The position numbers were made by a program, and so were the translations under genes. Of a DNA stretch of 64,000 bases, positions 47,347 to 57,855 are shown in pieces. Each line of letters starts with the position of its first letter. Position 1 is the stretch's first letter. Origin of the DNA: Planctomycetota bacterium (GTDB lineage: Bacteria > Planctomycetota > Brocadiia > JAADGH01); assembly GCA_040755855.1 (NCBI GenBank), contig JBFMAD010000006.1:1-64000 (forward strand), in the 5' to 3' direction. The notes under the pieces are model-generated. The model saw only the letters and a program-made list of their open reading frames with translations, searched no databases and was not told where the DNA came from.

Positions 47347-48807
47347 ATGACGCACATGCTGGTCGAACGACGCAAGCCGCGCGCCGCAAACGTGGGGGTC
47401 TTCGCCGTGGGACTGGACGTCTACTGGGGCCAGTTCCCCGGCCTCCTCGATGAGCTCATGCAGTACCTTCGCATCCTCGAAGAGAAGGTCCGGGTTCATG
47501 ACGTGAAGACCATCAACTTCGGCATGGTTGACAACGCGCAACGGGCCTATGCCGCGCTGAAGAAGATGCAGGCGGCGGACCTCGACCTGATCTTTTGCGA
47601 CATGGTGACCTACGCCACGTCATCCACCTTCGGCATCCTCATCCGCGAGCTGGACGTCCCCATCGTCCTTGTCGCCCTCCAGCCGATGAAGCGGATGGAC
47701 TACGAGAACGCGACGATCTACATGCAGCTCTGCAACGACAACATCTGCTCCCTGCCGGAGTTCACGGGGGTTGCCGTGCGGATGGGAAAGAAGGCCCCGC
47801 CGACGATCATCGGCACGCTCCATGATGACGCCGACGCGGACAAGGAGATTGGACGATGGTGCAACATCGCCAAGGTCCTCCACGACCTGAAGGGCGCGCG
47901 GATCGGCCACTTCGGCCACCCCCTCGAAGCCATGCTCGACATGCACAGCGACCCGACCATGTACACCGCGGCCTTCGGTCTGCATGTGGTCCAGACGGAG
48001 ATCGATGACCTCGTCCGTCTGCATCGGACCGTGAAGGAGCCGGAGATCGAGGCGAAGAAGAAGCAGATTCTCGGCATGTTCGACACGCCGGACCCGGAAG
48101 CGGACCCGGTGACGAGAAAGCTGACGAACGAGGACCTCCACGCCGCGGCCAAGGCCGCCGTCGCGCTCGACAAGTTCATCGCGGAGTTCAACCTCGACGG
48201 CCTGGCCTACTACTACAAGGGCGAGCCGGGCGGCGAGACGGAGCTCCTTGCCGCCAGCCTCATCGTCGGCAATTCCCTCCTCTGCGCGGCGGGGTTCCCC
48301 ATGTGCGGCGAGTCGGACATCAAGACCTGCGTGGCCATGCTGCTCATGGACCGGCTCGACATCGGCGGCAGCTTTGCCGAGTTCCACCCGGTGGACTTCG
48401 AGGAGAATTTCATCCTCGTCGGCCATGACGGCCCGCATCACATCAACATCGCCGAGGGCCGGCCGAAGCTGCGGAGCCTGACCAAGTATCACGGCAAACC
48501 CGGCGCCGGCGCGTCGGTGGAGTTCAAGCTCAAGGAGGGGCCGATCACGATGCTCGGGATTACATCCACCTACGAGGGCCGGTTCAAGTTCGTTATCGGC
48601 GAGGGCCAGTCCATGCACGGCCCCATCCCAGCGACGGGCAACACGAACACCCGCGGGTTCTTCGAGCCGGACGCACGGACGTTCCTCTCGGCGTGGATCG
48701 CCGAAGGCCCGACGCACCACTTCGCCCTCGGCATCGGCCACGAGGCGGAGACGATCAAACGGATCGGCGACATCCTGGGGATCGAGTCGGTCATTGTGGC
48801 GACGTGA
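47347..48807 (+). CDS. L-fucose/L-arabinose isomerase family protein
   Basis: CSLPE, MLDM, GESD, GGSFAEF, GHDGP, GPTHHFALG. Confidence 0.85.
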   Translation: MTHMLVERRKPRAANVGVFAVGLDVYWGQFPGLLDELMQYLRILEEKVRVHDVKTINFGMVDNAQRAYAALKKMQAADLDLIFCDMVTYATSSTFGILIRELDVPIVLVALQPMKRMDYENATIYMQLCNDNICSLPEFTGVAVRMGKKAPPTIIGTLHDDADADKEIGRWCNIAKVLHDLKGARIGHFGHPLEAMLDMHSDPTMYTAAFGLHVVQTEIDDLVRLHRTVKEPEIEAKKKQILGMFDTPDPEADPVTRKLTNEDLHAAAKAAVALDKFIAEFNLDGLAYYYKGEPGGETELLAASLIVGNSLLCAAGFPMCGESDIKTCVAMLLMDRLDIGGSFAEFHPVDFEENFILVGHDGPHHINIAEGRPKLRSLTKYHGKPGAGASVEFKLKEGPITMLGITSTYEGRFKFVIGEGQSMHGPIPATGNTNTRGFFEPDARTFLSAWIAEGPTHHFALGIGHEAETIKRIGDILGIESVIVAT

Positions 48808-49858
48808 ACGGCCCGTCGATGAATCGAAGCGGCGCCTCCTTCACGTCCACGACCTTGCCGGTCTCACATTCGCGAAGGGAAACACGCAGGACATAATCGC
48901 CTTCCGGGGGCGCGTTGACCTGGAGTGTGTAGACAGCCATCCCGATTTGTTCTTTCCCTTCAGCCATCGTCTTGCCTTCCGTGGAGACAACCGCAACAGC
49001 AAGCTCGTGGGTGTCTTTGCTCACCTTGCCTCCGACCTCGCATGTGAAGGGGACGCTCTGTTCGGTCGTGTAGAAGATAGTCTGCTTGAGCGTCAGGGAA
49101 TGGATGTGCGGCGTCGTGAACTCCTTCCTCCCCGTGAGGAGGCCGACCTCGCCGGCGGTCAACACGCGGCGGTAGATGCAAAAGTTGTCAATCACGCCGT
49201 CGGCGTTGTCGCGCCCGCGGATGCCGCATCCGATGTAGAAGCGCTCGCCCGGCGAGCCGATGGCCCCGTTGAGCCGCTTGCGGGCTTTCAGTTCGCCGTC
49301 GATGTAGATTTGAAGGTACCGAGCGTCCCACGTGGCGGCGATGTGATGCCACTCGTCCTTCTTCCACTCGGCGATGGGGGTCTTCGCCGTGTTGTTCCCG
49401 CCGCCGGCGTCGTCGAGCCAGAGCCAGAGTTCCTGGAGCGGCTGCTGGTAGCGGAAGGTATAAAGGGTCAGACTCGCGGCCGCGTTCGCCCCGCCGCTCT
49501 TGTTCGTGGGACCGGGCCAGGAGAAGAGCGTACGGGCGGCATAGTCCGATCCCGCCCAGGCGGGCTTGAAGTGAAGCGCCACGGTCCCTTGCTCCGGAGC
49601 GATGCACCCCTTCGCCTCGAAGGCGTATTCCGCGACGCCCTCCTCCCGATGAAACCGCATGGCCGGCCCGGATACGCCCTCCGTCGCGCCCATGCCTTTC
49701 TGCTCGGCGGGCTCGGCTGCTCCCTTGCTCAGGTCCGCATCCAAGCCCTCGTCGAAGGAGAGATAGAAAAGCAGGTCCTCCTTCGCCGGCGCGTCCGGCT
49801 CGGCGGCCTGGGACAAGGTGGTGGTGAAGATCAACAAGACCAGCAGTCGGCTGTTCAT
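48791..49858 (-). CDS. secreted LamG-like jellyroll protein
   Basis: Signal peptide, LLFYLSFDE, GTVAL, WHHIAATWD...IYIDG, GVIDNFCIY.R.L. Confidence 0.8.
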   Translation of the reverse strand: MNSRLLVLLIFTTTLSQAAEPDAPAKEDLLFYLSFDEGLDADLSKGAAEPAEQKGMGATEGVSGPAMRFHREEGVAEYAFEAKGCIAPEQGTVALHFKPAWAGSDYAARTLFSWPGPTNKSGGANAAASLTLYTFRYQQPLQELWLWLDDAGGGNNTAKTPIAEWKKDEWHHIAATWDARYLQIYIDGELKARKRLNGAIGSPGERFYIGCGIRGRDNADGVIDNFCIYRRVLTAGEVGLLTGRKEFTTPHIHSLTLKQTIFYTTEQSVPFTCEVGGKVSKDTHELAVAVVSTEGKTMAEGKEQIGMAVYTLQVNAPPEGDYVLRVSLRECETGKVVDVKEAPLRFIDGPFTSPQ

Positions 49859-49863
49859 GGCGG

Positions 49864-52260
49864 TCACTCCATGGTTTTCTGGAGGTTCATGATTTCCCGC
49901 GCGACCATCCATCGGTACTTGTCGAAGTCGTCCAGCGACCAGTCGCACCCCGCGTCGCGATACAGCCCCGACGCGCTCTCGCGGTCGCCGCGGAAATCGT
50001 AGTCGGTGGCGCACCGCGCCCCGATCCAGTCCAGCGTCGCCCGCGCGCGCTTCACGGCCTCGGCGGCCGCGGGCTTGCCGGACGCCTCGGCCTTCTCCAT
50101 CGTGGATTCCAGCGTGTGGATGTAGTCGTAGTCGTCGCGCCCCTCGGCCATATGCTCGAAGGTGATGCGGCTGGCCACGCCGTCTCGCGTGGACTCGACG
50201 CCGACATGCCAGTTATACGAGCCCGCGTCGAAATCGTCCCACGGCCTGCCCTCGTTATAGATGTAACCCTCGTGCAGCGTGCGCGTCCCGCCCTTCTTCC
50301 AGGCAAACCAGCCGAAGCCGTAACGGCCGTTGGAGTAGTTGTAGAGCCACAGGCCCTTGCAGTGTTTTTTCATGTAGTCGGTCCACTCGTCGCGGATGAG
50401 GGCGATATTGGGGATGGGGTAGTCCACCAGCCCGTCCTGGATGATCTGGTAGTCCACCCACCCGTTCCCGCGCAGGGCCGTCAACACGCCGGCGCGTCGC
50501 AGGCAGCCGTAGGCGCGGCGTCCGTAGGTCAGGCCCTGCTCGCCGTAGTTCGTCAGCTCCCCGCCGCACTCGAAGACAGGAACGCCCCATCCCTTTTCGC
50601 GGACGTGCTTGTCAATGGCCTTGACGATCTCGATAAATAGGTCCTGGTCCGCCTTATCGTCGCTGAAGAAGACATACTTCTCAGGTTTCGGGATTCTCTT
50701 TTGGATCCACTTCGCGCCACAGTACGAGTTGGCGATGCCGCCGCATGTGAAGGTCAGGAACCCGTCCGGCGGGAGGGCGTTGATCTTCTTGCGGAAGGCG
50801 AGGTCCTCGTCCATCTTGGTAAAATCAATGCCGAGCAGCTTCTTCTTTTCCTTGTCCACCTTCATGCCGCTGAAGGGAGGGAAGATGGAACCGGAGAGGC
50901 AGAAGCCGTGCTCGCGCAGGTTCTCCGCTTCCTTGCGCATCATCTCGAAATACCCTTCGTCCTCCTTCCGGTCGTGCAGGTCCCAGTAACGCCGATAGCG
51001 GGTGCCGAAGTAGAACCAGCTCGCGCCCTTCCGCCAATCGAGCTTGAAGGGAAGCACACGGATCTTGAGCGTGAGCGTCTTGGATGGGGCGTTCTCGGGC
51101 TGGATCGTGACCGAGCCGGTGTAGATGCCGGGCTTGGCATCCGTGGGGACCCACGTCTTGAGCCAGTATTGCTTCGTCAGGTCCTTCGGGATATTGATCT
51201 TTTTCCAGCCGTCCATAAGCGTGTAGGGAAGGACCATATAGTTGCAGCCGGGGTTGGCCATCTCCTGATATTTGACTGCGCAAACGCGGATATTCGCATT
51301 TGCGATGATTCCATCTTCGGACTTTAGGTCGCTCACCGCCACGGCCACGCCCTTCAGGTCCTTGAGCGGGCGGATGCAGAAGGTCGCCGGTTCCCACTCG
51401 CCCGGCGCGGCGAAGAATTCGATCGTGTCGCCGTACTCCGACGGCATCGGCAGCGTCTGGGGGAAGACGAACTTCAGGTAGTTGCGCCTGAACGTCACAT
51501 ACCCGATGCGCTTCGCCTCGTCATCCACCCGGAGCGGCGGGGCCGGCTCGACGGGCGGCTGCATCTCGGTCCATCGCGCGAGGAAGGCCTCGCGGCGTTT
51601 GGCCTCGATCTCCGCCAGGTCGCTCTTCATCCGCTCGCGCCCGGCGTCGGGATAGACCATGATGCAGTTGATCGGCACGGCGAAGTCCTTCCGCTCCCCG
51701 ACCAGCCCCTCGAAGACGAGATCGAGAACGCCATCCCTCACCTCGACCGGGAATGTGCTCTGGATGTATCGGTTGGCGATGTATTTGTCATAGATTGATT
51801 CGCCGGGGACGTAGTCGCGGTCCTGCAGCTCGAAGAAGTCGCGCTCCACCCGCGCCGCCTCCTTCCCCTCGGCGAGGATGCGGTAGGTCTGCATCAGGTG
51901 CATGGCGCGGAAGTAGTCCCCGCCGGCGGTCAGGTCGTCGCCGGAGATGACGCTGACGAGGTACTTTCCGTTCGGCAGGTTGAGGTGAAATTCGAGCGGG
52001 TAACGAGACTCCGCCACAACGAGGTCACGGCACAGGTCGTCCGGCTGGTAGTTGTTAGCGTCCACGATCTTGCTCTTGGACGACCAACCGAATCCCTTCT
52101 CTTGCGAGTAGATGTCCTTCGCCGTGAGCGGCTGGAACCCCGGCCACAGGGGCGACCCCTCCGGCCCGGCATCGAACCTGTATATTTTCGCCTCCTGCGC
52201 CATGCCGCCAGAGGAAAGGATGAGAAGTGCAAAGAGAAGCGACCAGCAGAAGGATTTCAT
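49864..52260 (-). CDS. secreted GH123-like (DUF6067/DUF4091-like) protein
   Basis: Signal peptide, AAPGEWEPATF, WLK..VP.DA.PG.Y.G, C-terminal FE.M.EG.DDYDY. Confidence 0.6.
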   Translation of the reverse strand: MKSFCWSLLFALLILSSGGMAQEAKIYRFDAGPEGSPLWPGFQPLTAKDIYSQEKGFGWSSKSKIVDANNYQPDDLCRDLVVAESRYPLEFHLNLPNGKYLVSVISGDDLTAGGDYFRAMHLMQTYRILAEGKEAARVERDFFELQDRDYVPGESIYDKYIANRYIQSTFPVEVRDGVLDLVFEGLVGERKDFAVPINCIMVYPDAGRERMKSDLAEIEAKRREAFLARWTEMQPPVEPAPPLRVDDEAKRIGYVTFRRNYLKFVFPQTLPMPSEYGDTIEFFAAPGEWEPATFCIRPLKDLKGVAVAVSDLKSEDGIIANANIRVCAVKYQEMANPGCNYMVLPYTLMDGWKKINIPKDLTKQYWLKTWVPTDAKPGIYTGSVTIQPENAPSKTLTLKIRVLPFKLDWRKGASWFYFGTRYRRYWDLHDRKEDEGYFEMMRKEAENLREHGFCLSGSIFPPFSGMKVDKEKKKLLGIDFTKMDEDLAFRKKINALPPDGFLTFTCGGIANSYCGAKWIQKRIPKPEKYVFFSDDKADQDLFIEIVKAIDKHVREKGWGVPVFECGGELTNYGEQGLTYGRRAYGCLRRAGVLTALRGNGWVDYQIIQDGLVDYPIPNIALIRDEWTDYMKKHCKGLWLYNYSNGRYGFGWFAWKKGGTRTLHEGYIYNEGRPWDDFDAGSYNWHVGVESTRDGVASRITFEHMAEGRDDYDYIHTLESTMEKAEASGKPAAAEAVKRARATLDWIGARCATDYDFRGDRESASGLYRDAGCDWSLDDFDKYRWMVAREIMNLQKTME

Positions 52261-53144
52261 TTTATCCTCTCCCCTCCAAGCAGCGTCTCGCAAAAGGGAA
52301 AATCGGCTTTATACTGGGCGAGCAGTTTGTCCGGATCGAACTCCATGAAGTACATCTTGAGGCGCGAAACGGTCCTGTTCGTCTTCTCGTCATAGTCAAT
52401 ACTCAGGTCGGGGCCGAGGTGGAGGCAGTCGTGCCAGCCCTGGCTGAGATTGCGGCTCTTCTTGCACCCCCACGCCGATAAATGCTTTCCGTCGCGCGAG
52501 ACGACGCCGACGATGCTGTAGATCGGCCGCGCGTCGCTGATGCCCCAGAAGGCCTTCGGCTGGCCGGTGAAATTCTGCCAGATGGGAAGGTACTGCTGGA
52601 CCCACGGCGGGGAGTTCGTCTCGTGGTCGGCAGGCCGCCGCGTGTCGGGATAGCGCTTCGTGTCCTTGAAAAGCGTGAAGCCGCGGTCGGTGTAGATGAA
52701 GCACTGGTTCACGAAGGACTCGACGAATTTCCCCTTCACGCTCTGGAACCCCGGGGCGCGGCGGAGCTGCCAGCACCCGTTCACGCTCCCCACGGTCTTC
52801 ACCGCCTCGGGCGTGGGACCGGCGACCGTCACCGTCCAGTCAATCGCGCCTTCCGAAGGCGTGAGCTTTGTCTCGACCTCCGCGCCCTGGGGATGCCGGT
52901 GCTTCACGACCATCGCGCCGTCCGGCTGCGGGAAGCCCTCGCCCTGTCCGAGCGCGTCCTCGTAGCACCACACGTCGCACTCGAAGTCGGGGATGGTCGG
53001 TGCGGCGATACGGACCATGGTGAACACCCGGTCGCCGTGCTTCTCCTGCTCAACCTTGATCGTCGGCTTGTTCCCTTCGGCCATGATGTGTCCTCCCGAA
53101 AGAAGCCAGCACGCGCTCGCGATTACGGCAAGGGCTCGTCTCAT
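52257..53144 (-). CDS. secreted hypothetical protein
   Basis: RBS AAGGAG, signal-like N-terminus, coupled to the downstream gene. Confidence 0.7.
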   Translation of the reverse strand: MRRALAVIASACWLLSGGHIMAEGNKPTIKVEQEKHGDRVFTMVRIAAPTIPDFECDVWCYEDALGQGEGFPQPDGAMVVKHRHPQGAEVETKLTPSEGAIDWTVTVAGPTPEAVKTVGSVNGCWQLRRAPGFQSVKGKFVESFVNQCFIYTDRGFTLFKDTKRYPDTRRPADHETNSPPWVQQYLPIWQNFTGQPKAFWGISDARPIYSIVGVVSRDGKHLSAWGCKKSRNLSQGWHDCLHLGPDLSIDYDEKTNRTVSRLKMYFMEFDPDKLLAQYKADFPFCETLLGGERIK

Positions 53145-53254
53145 CTCGATCTCCTTTGCTTGTGAAGGAACCTCTTTTATTTATTTTCGTCGTTGCATCC
53201 GCTAAAATCAAGCGCGAACGTCGGGAGTTCTCCGGCTTGATTGGGAGAAGACGA

Positions 53255-53950
53255 ATGGCACAGATGATGCGACGGATGGTTCCGGCGGCGATCGCCGCCC
53301 TGGGTTTGGTAGGAGTGATGATGGTGAGCAAGGTAAAGGCGGAAGAACGTGAGACGATTGAATGGTGCAACCTTCGGTGGGAGAACACGAACGACAGCAA
53401 GCTGCCGCGCGTCCTCCTGATCGGCGACTCGATCACGCTGGGCTACAGCGCGGCGGTGAAGAAACTCCTGGAGGGTAAGGCGAACGTGGATGTCCTCGCC
53501 ACATCCAAGTGTGTGCGCGATCCGGCCCTCCTCAAGGAGATCGCCTATGCGATGGAGGGTTACAAGCACGCGGTGGTCCACTTCAATAACGGTTTGCACG
53601 GCTGGCACTTAGACGAGAAGGGCTACGAGACGGGCCTGCGGGCCATGGTCAAGGAGATTCAGAAGCACGCGAAGGGCGCGAAGCTCGTCTGGGCCGCCAC
53701 GACGCCCGTGCCGTCGAGCGAGAAGGGTGTGAAGCTGGATGAGAAACGCAACGGCGTCGTTCTCGCGCGCAACACCATCGCCGCGAAGATCATGGAGGAG
53801 AACAACATCCCCATCAACGACCTCTACACCCTCGTCCTCGACGACTTAGACGCCCTCACCGCCAGCAAAGGCAACGTTCACTATAACGAAAAAGGCAAAG
53901 AGCGCCAGGCGGAGGCGGTGGTGAATGCAATCATCCTACTGATGAAGTAG
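53255..53950 (+). CDS. SGNH/GDSL hydrolase
   Basis: LIGDSI, FNNGLHG, WAATTP, NVHY. Confidence 0.88.
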   Translation: MAQMMRRMVPAAIAALGLVGVMMVSKVKAEERETIEWCNLRWENTNDSKLPRVLLIGDSITLGYSAAVKKLLEGKANVDVLATSKCVRDPALLKEIAYAMEGYKHAVVHFNNGLHGWHLDEKGYETGLRAMVKEIQKHAKGAKLVWAATTPVPSSEKGVKLDEKRNGVVLARNTIAAKIMEENNIPINDLYTLVLDDLDALTASKGNVHYNEKGKERQAEAVVNAIILLMK

Positions 53951-54001
53951 CAGAAGCAATGGAGGAACACATTAGGTTTCCCGATAAAGCCATGGCCGCG
54001 T

Positions 54002-54931
54002 TTATTTCTTGTTCTCCTTAGGCCAAACGTTCTCTGTAGTCCAGTTGTTGATGTCGTCCTTGCACATGCCACAGTATAGGGCTGCACGATTGTCTCGATC
54101 TTCGAGATCATAATCGCGCCCAACTTCAATTGGCCAGCCCCTCCCGTCACGACCAAAACAGAAGATGTCTACGAAATCCTTGTTGTGATCGGGAGGCTGC
54201 GGTTCCGGGCCACGAACTTGCCATCCCTCGGGCTTGTGGCAATCATAGACATAGAAATCGAAAAAAGCAAAAGACTCATCGCCTCTGATGAGACCAAACT
54301 TATCCAAGTATTGATAAAGCCTAACATCCACACCGGGATTGTCATCTGCCACCCCTCGAATTTCCCAAGGAATAGGATTCTGCTTGCTGCCCCGAGCACC
54401 GGGGCCGCCGTATACGGCCAAGGGTTCACCCGTCGCGATGCCTTTCGCGGGATAACGTTCTCCGCGCCACTCGGCCCTGTCAGGATGCGGCACGAGTTGT
54501 TCTCTGCAGAAGCGGCAATACGGTCCGTAATGTTTTCCTTCAATTGTGAATTGGCTTCCGAGAAAAAATACCAAGAGGATTGTCGTGCGCTCAGGTCCCG
54601 ATATATCATCCGGCGTAAGAAGCACATCCGAACGAGCCGGGCAGCCCTTGAGCAAGGGAGAAAGCTCGGTCTTCGCGCGCAGGCCATCCGCATCAATGTA
54701 TGTGTTGTTTGATGTGCCGAAGGTGTCAGGAACGTAGAATCCAAAATCTTCGTGGAAGGCACGACACGCACGTTCGAGATCGCGAATCTCCGCTCGGCAC
54801 GCCGCTTCCAGGCTCTCTGCCCTTGCAGCCCTGATCAGCAAAACGGCGATGCCTGTGACGGCAACTCCCGACATGATCACAGCGAGAAGAGTAACAAGGA
54901 GGCGGCGAAACGCTATACTGCCATGGTTCAT
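54002..54931 (-). CDS. pseudopilin (GspG-like) protein with degenerate prepilin site
   Basis: N-terminal TM, EIRDLERACRAFHEDFGFY, YGPY, DKFG, DIFCFGRDG...DDINNW. Confidence 0.6.
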   Translation of the reverse strand: MNHGSIAFRRLLVTLLAVIMSGVAVTGIAVLLIRAARAESLEAACRAEIRDLERACRAFHEDFGFYVPDTFGTSNNTYIDADGLRAKTELSPLLKGCPARSDVLLTPDDISGPERTTILLVFFLGSQFTIEGKHYGPYCRFCREQLVPHPDRAEWRGERYPAKGIATGEPLAVYGGPGARGSKQNPIPWEIRGVADDNPGVDVRLYQYLDKFGLIRGDESFAFFDFYVYDCHKPEGWQVRGPEPQPPDHNKDFVDIFCFGRDGRGWPIEVGRDYDLEDRDNRAALYCGMCKDDINNWTTENVWPKENKK

Positions 54932-54976
54932 CTCTGCTGCCTCGGAATACCAGTAACCCGCAAACCACCTTACCTC

Positions 54977-55005
54977 ATTATACTCGCGAAATTACACACT
55001 ATCAA
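54977..55005 (-). promoter_or_regulatory. sigma70 promoter
   Basis: TTGATA-N17-TATAAT. Confidence 0.6.
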
Positions 55006-55027
55006 GCAAACGCTGTGCTCTTTCGAT

Positions 55028-55056
55028 TTGACATCGTGGGGGCGGGCGGATAAACT
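55028..55056 (+). promoter_or_regulatory. sigma70 promoter
   Basis: TTGACA-N17-TAAACT. Confidence 0.6.
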
Positions 55057-55099
55057 GCAACCCACAAAACGTGGAGGACCAAGATGGAGGTAATCAAGC

Positions 55100-57853
55100 A
55101 TGTGGAAGACGGTGGCCTTGTTGATGATTCTTGTGTTGCTTCACGGATGCGTCCCGGAGGAGAAGAAGATGCCCGCCGAAAAGCCGACCGCCGCGCATGA
55201 ACTCGGCCCGTTTGCCTCCCTGCAAGAGGGCCGCGACGCCGTCCGCGCACTGAAGGCCAAAGGGCCGTTGACGAAGCCCGTCCGCGTCCTGATCCAGGAC
55301 GGCACACACGCCATGACGGAGCCGGTGGTCTTCATGCCCGACGACAGCGGCGCGGAGGATTGCCCCATCACCTACGAGCCGGCGCCCGGAGCTAAACCCG
55401 TCTTCACCGGTGGGCGCGTCATCACCGGATGGACTATGGCCCAACCTCCCGGAGGTTCCAAACCTCCGGGAGGTTCATCGCTCTGGACGGCGCACGTCCC
55501 GGACGTGAAGGCCGGCAAGTGGTATTTCGAGCAGCTCTGGGTCAACGGCAAGCGCGCCGTCCGCGCCCGCACCCCGAACAAGTTCTACCACTACATGCTC
55601 TACAAGGTGGAGTACGGCATCGACCCCGCCACGGGCAAGCGGGAGAGCATGGCCAACCGCGCCTTCATCGCCCGGCGCAGGGACATCGAGCCATTGAAGT
55701 CGGTCCCCCGCGAGCGATGGAGCGACATCACGGTCGTGGCCTACCACTCCTGGGCCATCTCGCGCCATCGCGTCGCGGATATAGATTTCGAGACGAACCG
55801 CATCATTCTCACCGGACCCGCGCCGTGGCCGATGATGCGATGGAATCCGAACCACCGCTATCACATAGAGAACGTCAAGGCGGCCCTCGACGAACCGGGC
55901 GAGTGGTTCCTCGACCGCGACGGGACGCTTACCTACAAACCCCGCCCCGGCGAGGACATGGCGAAGGCGGAGGTCGTGGCCCCCGTCTGCGAGGAATTCG
56001 TCCGCTTCGCCGGCGAGCCGCATCTGGGATTGTGGGTCGAACACATCCGCCTCAAGGGCCTGACGTTCCGGCACGGGCAGTACATCCTCCCGCCCGAGGG
56101 CCACGGCGACGGCCAGGCGGCCGTGACGATCCCCGGCATGATCACGGCTGACGGGGCGCGGAAGATCGCCATTGAGGACTGCGAGGTCGGGCATGTCGGC
56201 ACATACGGCATCTGGTTCCGCCAGGGCTGCCGCGACTGCCTCGTGCAGCGCTGTTACGTGCACGACCTCGGCGCGGGGGGCGTGCGCATGGGCGAAGGAT
56301 GGAAGAACAACAATCCCACTCCGTCCGAGATGACCAGCCACATCACGGTGGACAACAACATCCTCCGCGACGGGGGGCATCTCTACATGTGCTGCGTCGG
56401 CGTGTGGATCGGGCATAGCTCGGATAATGTCGTGACGCACAACGACATTGCCGATTTTCGTTATAGCGGCGTGTCCGTCGGGTGGAAGTGGGGCTACGGC
56501 AGAAGTCCCGCCGAGCGGAACAGGGTGAACTACAACCACATCCATCACATCGGCTGGGGCGTGATGAGCGACATGGGCGGCATCTACACCCTCGGCGAGT
56601 CGCCCGGCACGGAGCTGGTCGGCAATGTGATCCACGACGTGAACTCCTACGACCTCTACGGCCGCGGCGGCTGGGGGCTGTACAACGACGAGAGCAGCCG
56701 CTTCATCGTCATGGAGAACAACCTGGTCTATAATACGAAGACCGGCGGCTACCATCTGCACTACGGCAAGGACCTCATCATCCGCAACAACATCTTCGCC
56801 TTCAGCATGGAGGGCCAGCTTCAGTTCTCGCGCAAGGAGGATCACCACCAGTTTATCTTCGAGCGCAACATAGTCCTCCGCGGCGAGGGCGGCGGCCCGC
56901 TCTTCTATCGCGACCGGACGGGCGAGACGAATGTCCTGCGAGACAACCTCTACTGGGACATGGCCGGGCAGCCGCTCGAGTTCGAGGGGATGACGTTTGA
57001 GGAGTGGCAGAAGAAAACGGGACAAGGGAAAGATTCGCTTGTCGCCGATCCAAAATTCGCGGATGCGAAAAATTACGACTTCCACCTGAAGCCGGATTCG
57101 CCGGCCTTCAAGATCGGCTTCAAGCCGTTCGACTACTCCAAGGCCGGGGTCTATGGCGACCCGGCGTGGGTCAAGAGGGCAGGCGATGTGAAATATCCTC
57201 CCGTCGAGTTCGCCCCTGAGCCGCCCCCGCCGCCGCCGATGCTCATTGACGAGGATTTCGAGGCCATACCCATCGGCGGCCCGCCCCCCGTGGCGGAGGT
57301 GCACACCGAGGAGCGCAAGGGACTCGTGGCCGTCACGGACGAAACTGCGGCGAGCGGGAAGCAGTGCCTCAAGATCAGCGATGCGCCGGACCTGAAGCAC
57401 TCGTTCAACCCGCACTTCTACTTCAAACCGCACTACGACGATGGGGTATCCACCTGCTCCTTCGACATCCGCATCGAGCAGGGGACGAAGATGTATCACG
57501 AGTGGCGGGAATATCCGGAAGGCAAGAAGTACGTCGTCGGCCCGAGCATCACGATCAGCGACGGCAGCCTCTTCGTCGGAGGCAAGGAGATGTTGAAGCT
57601 CCCCCTCGGCCAATGGGTGCATGTCGAAGTGACCGCCGGGCAGGGGACGAAGGCCGACGGGACCTGGAACCTTGCCGTGACGCTGCCCGGGCAGAAACCG
57701 AATACATTCGCAAAAATGAAAATCGAACAACCGGAGTGGAAGGTCCTCGACTGGTGCGGCTTCAGCAGCACCGCCACGGAGAAGACGTGCTACTACCTCG
57801 ACAATATCAAACTGACCAATACCGCCGCAAAGGCCCAGGCCGAAGGAGGGTGA
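55100..57853 (+). CDS. lipoprotein, right-handed beta-helix glycoside hydrolase (GH141-like) with C-terminal CBM-like domain
   Basis: Lipobox LHGC; GPFASL, ARTPN, LDEPGEW, SDMGGIYTLG, GLYNDE, beta-helix repeats. Confidence 0.8.
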   Translation: MWKTVALLMILVLLHGCVPEEKKMPAEKPTAAHELGPFASLQEGRDAVRALKAKGPLTKPVRVLIQDGTHAMTEPVVFMPDDSGAEDCPITYEPAPGAKPVFTGGRVITGWTMAQPPGGSKPPGGSSLWTAHVPDVKAGKWYFEQLWVNGKRAVRARTPNKFYHYMLYKVEYGIDPATGKRESMANRAFIARRRDIEPLKSVPRERWSDITVVAYHSWAISRHRVADIDFETNRIILTGPAPWPMMRWNPNHRYHIENVKAALDEPGEWFLDRDGTLTYKPRPGEDMAKAEVVAPVCEEFVRFAGEPHLGLWVEHIRLKGLTFRHGQYILPPEGHGDGQAAVTIPGMITADGARKIAIEDCEVGHVGTYGIWFRQGCRDCLVQRCYVHDLGAGGVRMGEGWKNNNPTPSEMTSHITVDNNILRDGGHLYMCCVGVWIGHSSDNVVTHNDIADFRYSGVSVGWKWGYGRSPAERNRVNYNHIHHIGWGVMSDMGGIYTLGESPGTELVGNVIHDVNSYDLYGRGGWGLYNDESSRFIVMENNLVYNTKTGGYHLHYGKDLIIRNNIFAFSMEGQLQFSRKEDHHQFIFERNIVLRGEGGGPLFYRDRTGETNVLRDNLYWDMAGQPLEFEGMTFEEWQKKTGQGKDSLVADPKFADAKNYDFHLKPDSPAFKIGFKPFDYSKAGVYGDPAWVKRAGDVKYPPVEFAPEPPPPPPMLIDEDFEAIPIGGPPPVAEVHTEERKGLVAVTDETAASGKQCLKISDAPDLKHSFNPHFYFKPHYDDGVSTCSFDIRIEQGTKMYHEWREYPEGKKYVVGPSITISDGSLFVGGKEMLKLPLGQWVHVEVTAGQGTKADGTWNLAVTLPGQKPNTFAKMKIEQPEWKVLDWCGFSSTATEKTCYYLDNIKLTNTAAKAQAEGG
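55443..55475. repeat. REP-like palindrome doublet inside a CDS
   Basis: AACCTCCCGGAGGTT-CCA-AACCTCCGGGAGGTT; the second unit is the exact reverse complement of the first and each unit is itself a hairpin. Confidence 0.75.
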
Positions 57854-57855
57854 CG

